From Octopus sinensis (lineage: Eukaryota): a stretch of 64,000 nucleotides of DNA. The stretch covers positions 19,096,001 through 19,160,000 of the forward strand of contig NC_043020.1 of assembly GCF_006345805.1 (NCBI RefSeq). Direction: 5' to 3'. This document shows positions 60,961 to 64,000 of the stretch, piece by piece. Under the pieces are notes generated by a model. That model had not been told where the DNA came from, did no database searches, and saw only the letters and a list, made by a program, of their open reading frames with translations. Positions within the stretch are counted from its first letter, which is position 1. Each line of letters starts with the position of its first letter. A program made the position numbers and the translations under genes.

Positions 60961-61478
60961 CAAACAGGCTAAACTGTTCTTGTACACCCATACACACACA
61001 CAGAGGTTTTACAATATGTAAGAAGGAAACACACATTTGCACACTAGATTTGCAAGAGAAAATGAAATTGTTTTAATTGAAGAAATTAATCACATAATGT
61101 CATAATGAATTCTAAGAATGGTATACATTTGCTTAGATGGTCAATAGGGTGCTTGAGTGGTACTTAGGCACATGGATATGCACATACTTTGCAAAGAAAA
61201 CGAAAAATTGCGCACAAACAACTTTTTGTGCACACCCACTGCAAAACATTAATAGGGGCATTGCTTATGGCCCATCCAACCTTAACCTTCATACGATTCT
61301 TTCTCTCTCTCTCTCTCTCTCTACTATGACATTCTTATACCACTTCTATTACGCTCTATGTGTGTGTCTCTCTCTCTCTCTCTCTTTTCCCTGTTCCACC
61401 TTTCCTCACTTCTGTCTCTCTTTTTATCTCGTCCTTTTTTTAAGTAGGACTCACAGGAAGAATTTTATTGAATCAAAT

Positions 61479-61519
<41 letters not shown>

Positions 61520-62264
61520 ATATCACTACTCTGTAAGCTTGTTACTACAACTAATACCACTGCCACCACCACCACTACTACTACTACTACCACCACCACC
61601 ACTACTACTACTACTACCACCACCACCACCCACTATTACTTCTATAAACACTCTACAACCACCCACCCTCACCCCTACTACTATGTTGTTAAATCTTCTG
61701 AATGACTCACTTTTCTAATAATACACTTTCTCTCCCCTTACTCTCCTCTTTACTCTCTCTTTTTCAATTTACTCTCTCCTCCTAACTCTCTCTCTCTTTC
61801 TAACTCTTACGTATCCCCCTCCACCTATCTTCTATTTACATCTGTGTGGTGTATGTAATCTCCCCCCCACCTCCTTATGTCACTCCCTCTCACTTGCTAC
61901 CCTCACATATCTCTCCATCTCTCACTACCACCATCATCATCACTCTTCTCTATCCCATGACCCCCCTCTCCCACCCACCCACACCTTCCCAGTTATTGGC
62001 ATCTATGATTAAAAAACTCTACCCCCTATTGCTGTGTGAATTAACCCTTATTTGTTTTTGTTTTGTTTTTTGTATCCCATTTCCCTTCCTTCCCCACTCC
62101 ATACCTGTCTTGGGAAACTTCAATACCTCTGACCTGGTTTCAATTCTTTCGGTGATCTGAAACTCCCCCCCCTCACATTGTGTTCTTCAGAAGGGCATGA
62201 ACATCCTCACATAACCACCTTCACTTCTTTTGTAACTTTATAGCCTGCTGTCTGATTTATAAAT

Positions 62265-62273
62265 TGATGGTAC

Positions 62274-62306
<33 letters not shown>

Positions 62307-62623
62307 CCTTTCAGGGTCGATAAATAAAGTACCAGTTACACACTGGGGTCAATCTAATCGGCTTAATCCCTTTGTCTGTCTTTGTTTGTCCCCTCTATAT
62401 TTAGCCCCTTGTGGGCAATAAAGAATATACTAATAATAATAATTATTATTATTATTATATTATTATTATTATTATTATTATTATCCTTTCAGGGTCGATA
62501 AATAAAGTACCAGTTACACACTGGGGTCATCTAATCGGCTTAATCCCTTTGTCTGTCTTTGTTTGTCCCCTCTATATTTAGCCCCTTGTGGGCAATAAAG
62601 AAATAATACTAATAATAATAATA

Positions 62624-62640
<17 letters not shown>
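62265..62640 (+). repeat. Tandem duplication (~180-bp unit) of a SINE family C 3' part plus (ATT)n
   Basis: cctttcagggtcgataaataaagtaccagttacacactggggtc...gggcaataaag occurs twice, near-identically (about 62306 and 62485). Confidence 0.9.
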
Positions 62641-62667
<27 letters not shown>

Positions 62668-62670
<3 letters not shown>

Positions 62671-62935
62671 GGTGGTGAGCTGGCAGAAACGTTAGCATGC
62701 TGGGCAAAGTGATTAGTGGAATTTTGTCCAGCTTTACATTCTGAATTCAAATTCTGCCGAGGGGTCGATAAATTAAGTATCAGTGAAACACTGAGGTTGA
62801 TATAATCAATCGATCCCCCCACCACTAAATTTCAGGCCTTGTGCCTTTAGTAGAAAGGGTTATTATTGTCATTATCGTTAAGCAGGTGAACTAGCAGAAT
62901 CATTAGAAAGCTGGGAAAAATGCTTAGCACCATTT
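62668..62935 (+). mobile_element. SINE family C copies
   Basis: (att)n aaggtggtgagctggcagaaacgttagcatgc...ctgaattcaaattctgccgag; second head at about 62880. Confidence 0.8.
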
Positions 62936-62940
62936 GGTAA

Positions 62941-63100
62941 GATGGGCTTCTTTTAGTTTTTGTCTTCCAAATCCACTCATAATGCTTTGCTCAGCTTAGT
63001 GCTCTGATGGAAGACATTTTCTCAAAGTGTCACACAGTAGGGTTGAAACTCAAACCATGAGGTTGTGGTGCAAGCTTTTTAACCACACAACCATGCTTGT
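62941..63100 (-). mobile_element. SINE family A 5' half
   Basis: gatgggcttcttttagtttt...caaatccactc...cttttaaccacacaacca. Confidence 0.7.
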
Positions 63101-63104
63101 TCAT

Positions 63105-64000
63105 ATGAGTGACCTTGACATTGATAAGTTTGGGAAGAAACTCATCTTCAAAAGTGTCCAGCTTATCTATAACTGTCACCACCAGCTTAGCAAAGGTCAA
63201 CTTAACAGCCGTTACCCTAGACTTCAAGACAGATAAACACCAAACACTACAGAAAACCTAATGAAGAAGCAGTTTACATTCATAAACATTCTAACCACCA
63301 ACTGTTATTGAAATCTCTAACCATTTTTCTGATATGGCAGCACCCCATTATAATGATGTTCTAATGAAGAGTGGCCTTACAGATAAGTTACTATACATAG
63401 AGGATACCTCACCTGCATCTTCAAACCATAAGAGAGTTAGAAAAAGAAAAGTTATCTGGTATAATCCTCCATTCAACCAGGCTATTTCTACCAATCTAGC
63501 CAAGCGCTTTCTGAACACAGGCAACATTTTCCTTGTTTTCATAGATATAAACTTGCTAAATCCTATGATGTTATGGTTAGCTATTCATATTTAGATAGCA
63601 TTGCCACTAACATTGCACACTATAACAGCAGCAAACACACATCTGCACAGTCTCCATCCCATCCTACCAGCTGTCTACTGGGAGAAGTCTGCCTTTTGAA
63701 AACTGTAGCCTATAGAACTACCCTTACACTACCTGATGATATAACAAGGAACTACTTGTTGTATCAAGGGAAGATACTTACAGCATATGTATTCCATCAA
63801 ATGTAAGGACAGGGAAATGCTACCTCCTTTTCTTGCTTCATCTGTAACTACAGCAACACCTCACCCAACATCAATTGGAATATACTTGGCAAGACCTCAC
63901 TTTATTCACCCAGCACTTGCAATTTTCAACTCTGCTTCCAGGAAGGGCTGCTCATGTTCCAACAGCATGCAATATTCATCAATAAAAATAAAATGGATGG
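63105..64000 (+). mobile_element. Penelope-like element remnant: RT thumb, linker and GIY-YIG endonuclease region (runs off window)
   Basis: HYRKPNEEAVYIHKHSNH; AAPHYNDVLMKSGL; RKRKVIWYNPPFNQAISTNLAKRFL; VSYSYLDSIATNIAHYN; CLLGEVCLLKTVAYRTTL; INWNIL...CNFQLCFQE; these are typical PLE motifs; frameshifted. Confidence 0.88.

Overview
AT-rich, repeat-saturated animal genomic DNA. The SINE families and microsatellite load resemble octopus (coleoid cephalopod); this is recalled pattern recognition, not a database result. I could not support any host protein-coding exon, rRNA, true tRNA gene or CRISPR array. Almost all ORFs in the six-frame track are translations of (TA)n/(CA)n/(CT)n/trinucleotide repeats or SINEs. 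The window is a nested graveyard of mobile elements: (1) dozens of copies of several SINE-like families; (2) decayed transposase genes: mariner (7870-8794), maT/DD37D-type (20699-21918) and a Tigger/pogo fragment; (3) MITEs of hAT, piggyBac-like, Merlin-like, Tigger-like and foldback type; (4) three unrelated non-autonomous Helitrons and one Helentron-like (HINE) insert; (5) LINE remnants (L1/Tx1, RTE) and two Penelope-like (PLE) remnants. The most notable signal is eight minimal type-I hammerhead ribozyme motifs from four sequence families. They include a tRNA-headed SINE-like element ending in a hammerhead, with an inverted second copy of the ribozyme tail whose core is intact (47925-48267), a family with a consistent non-canonical core (U at A6), and a long-stem-II hammerhead inside a perfect 39-bp inverted repeat. 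A PLE reverse-transcriptase remnant also shows a twin-priming-like inversion. SINE and low-complexity boundaries are approximate (about +/-10-20 bp); TIR, TSD and ribozyme coordinates were counted by hand.
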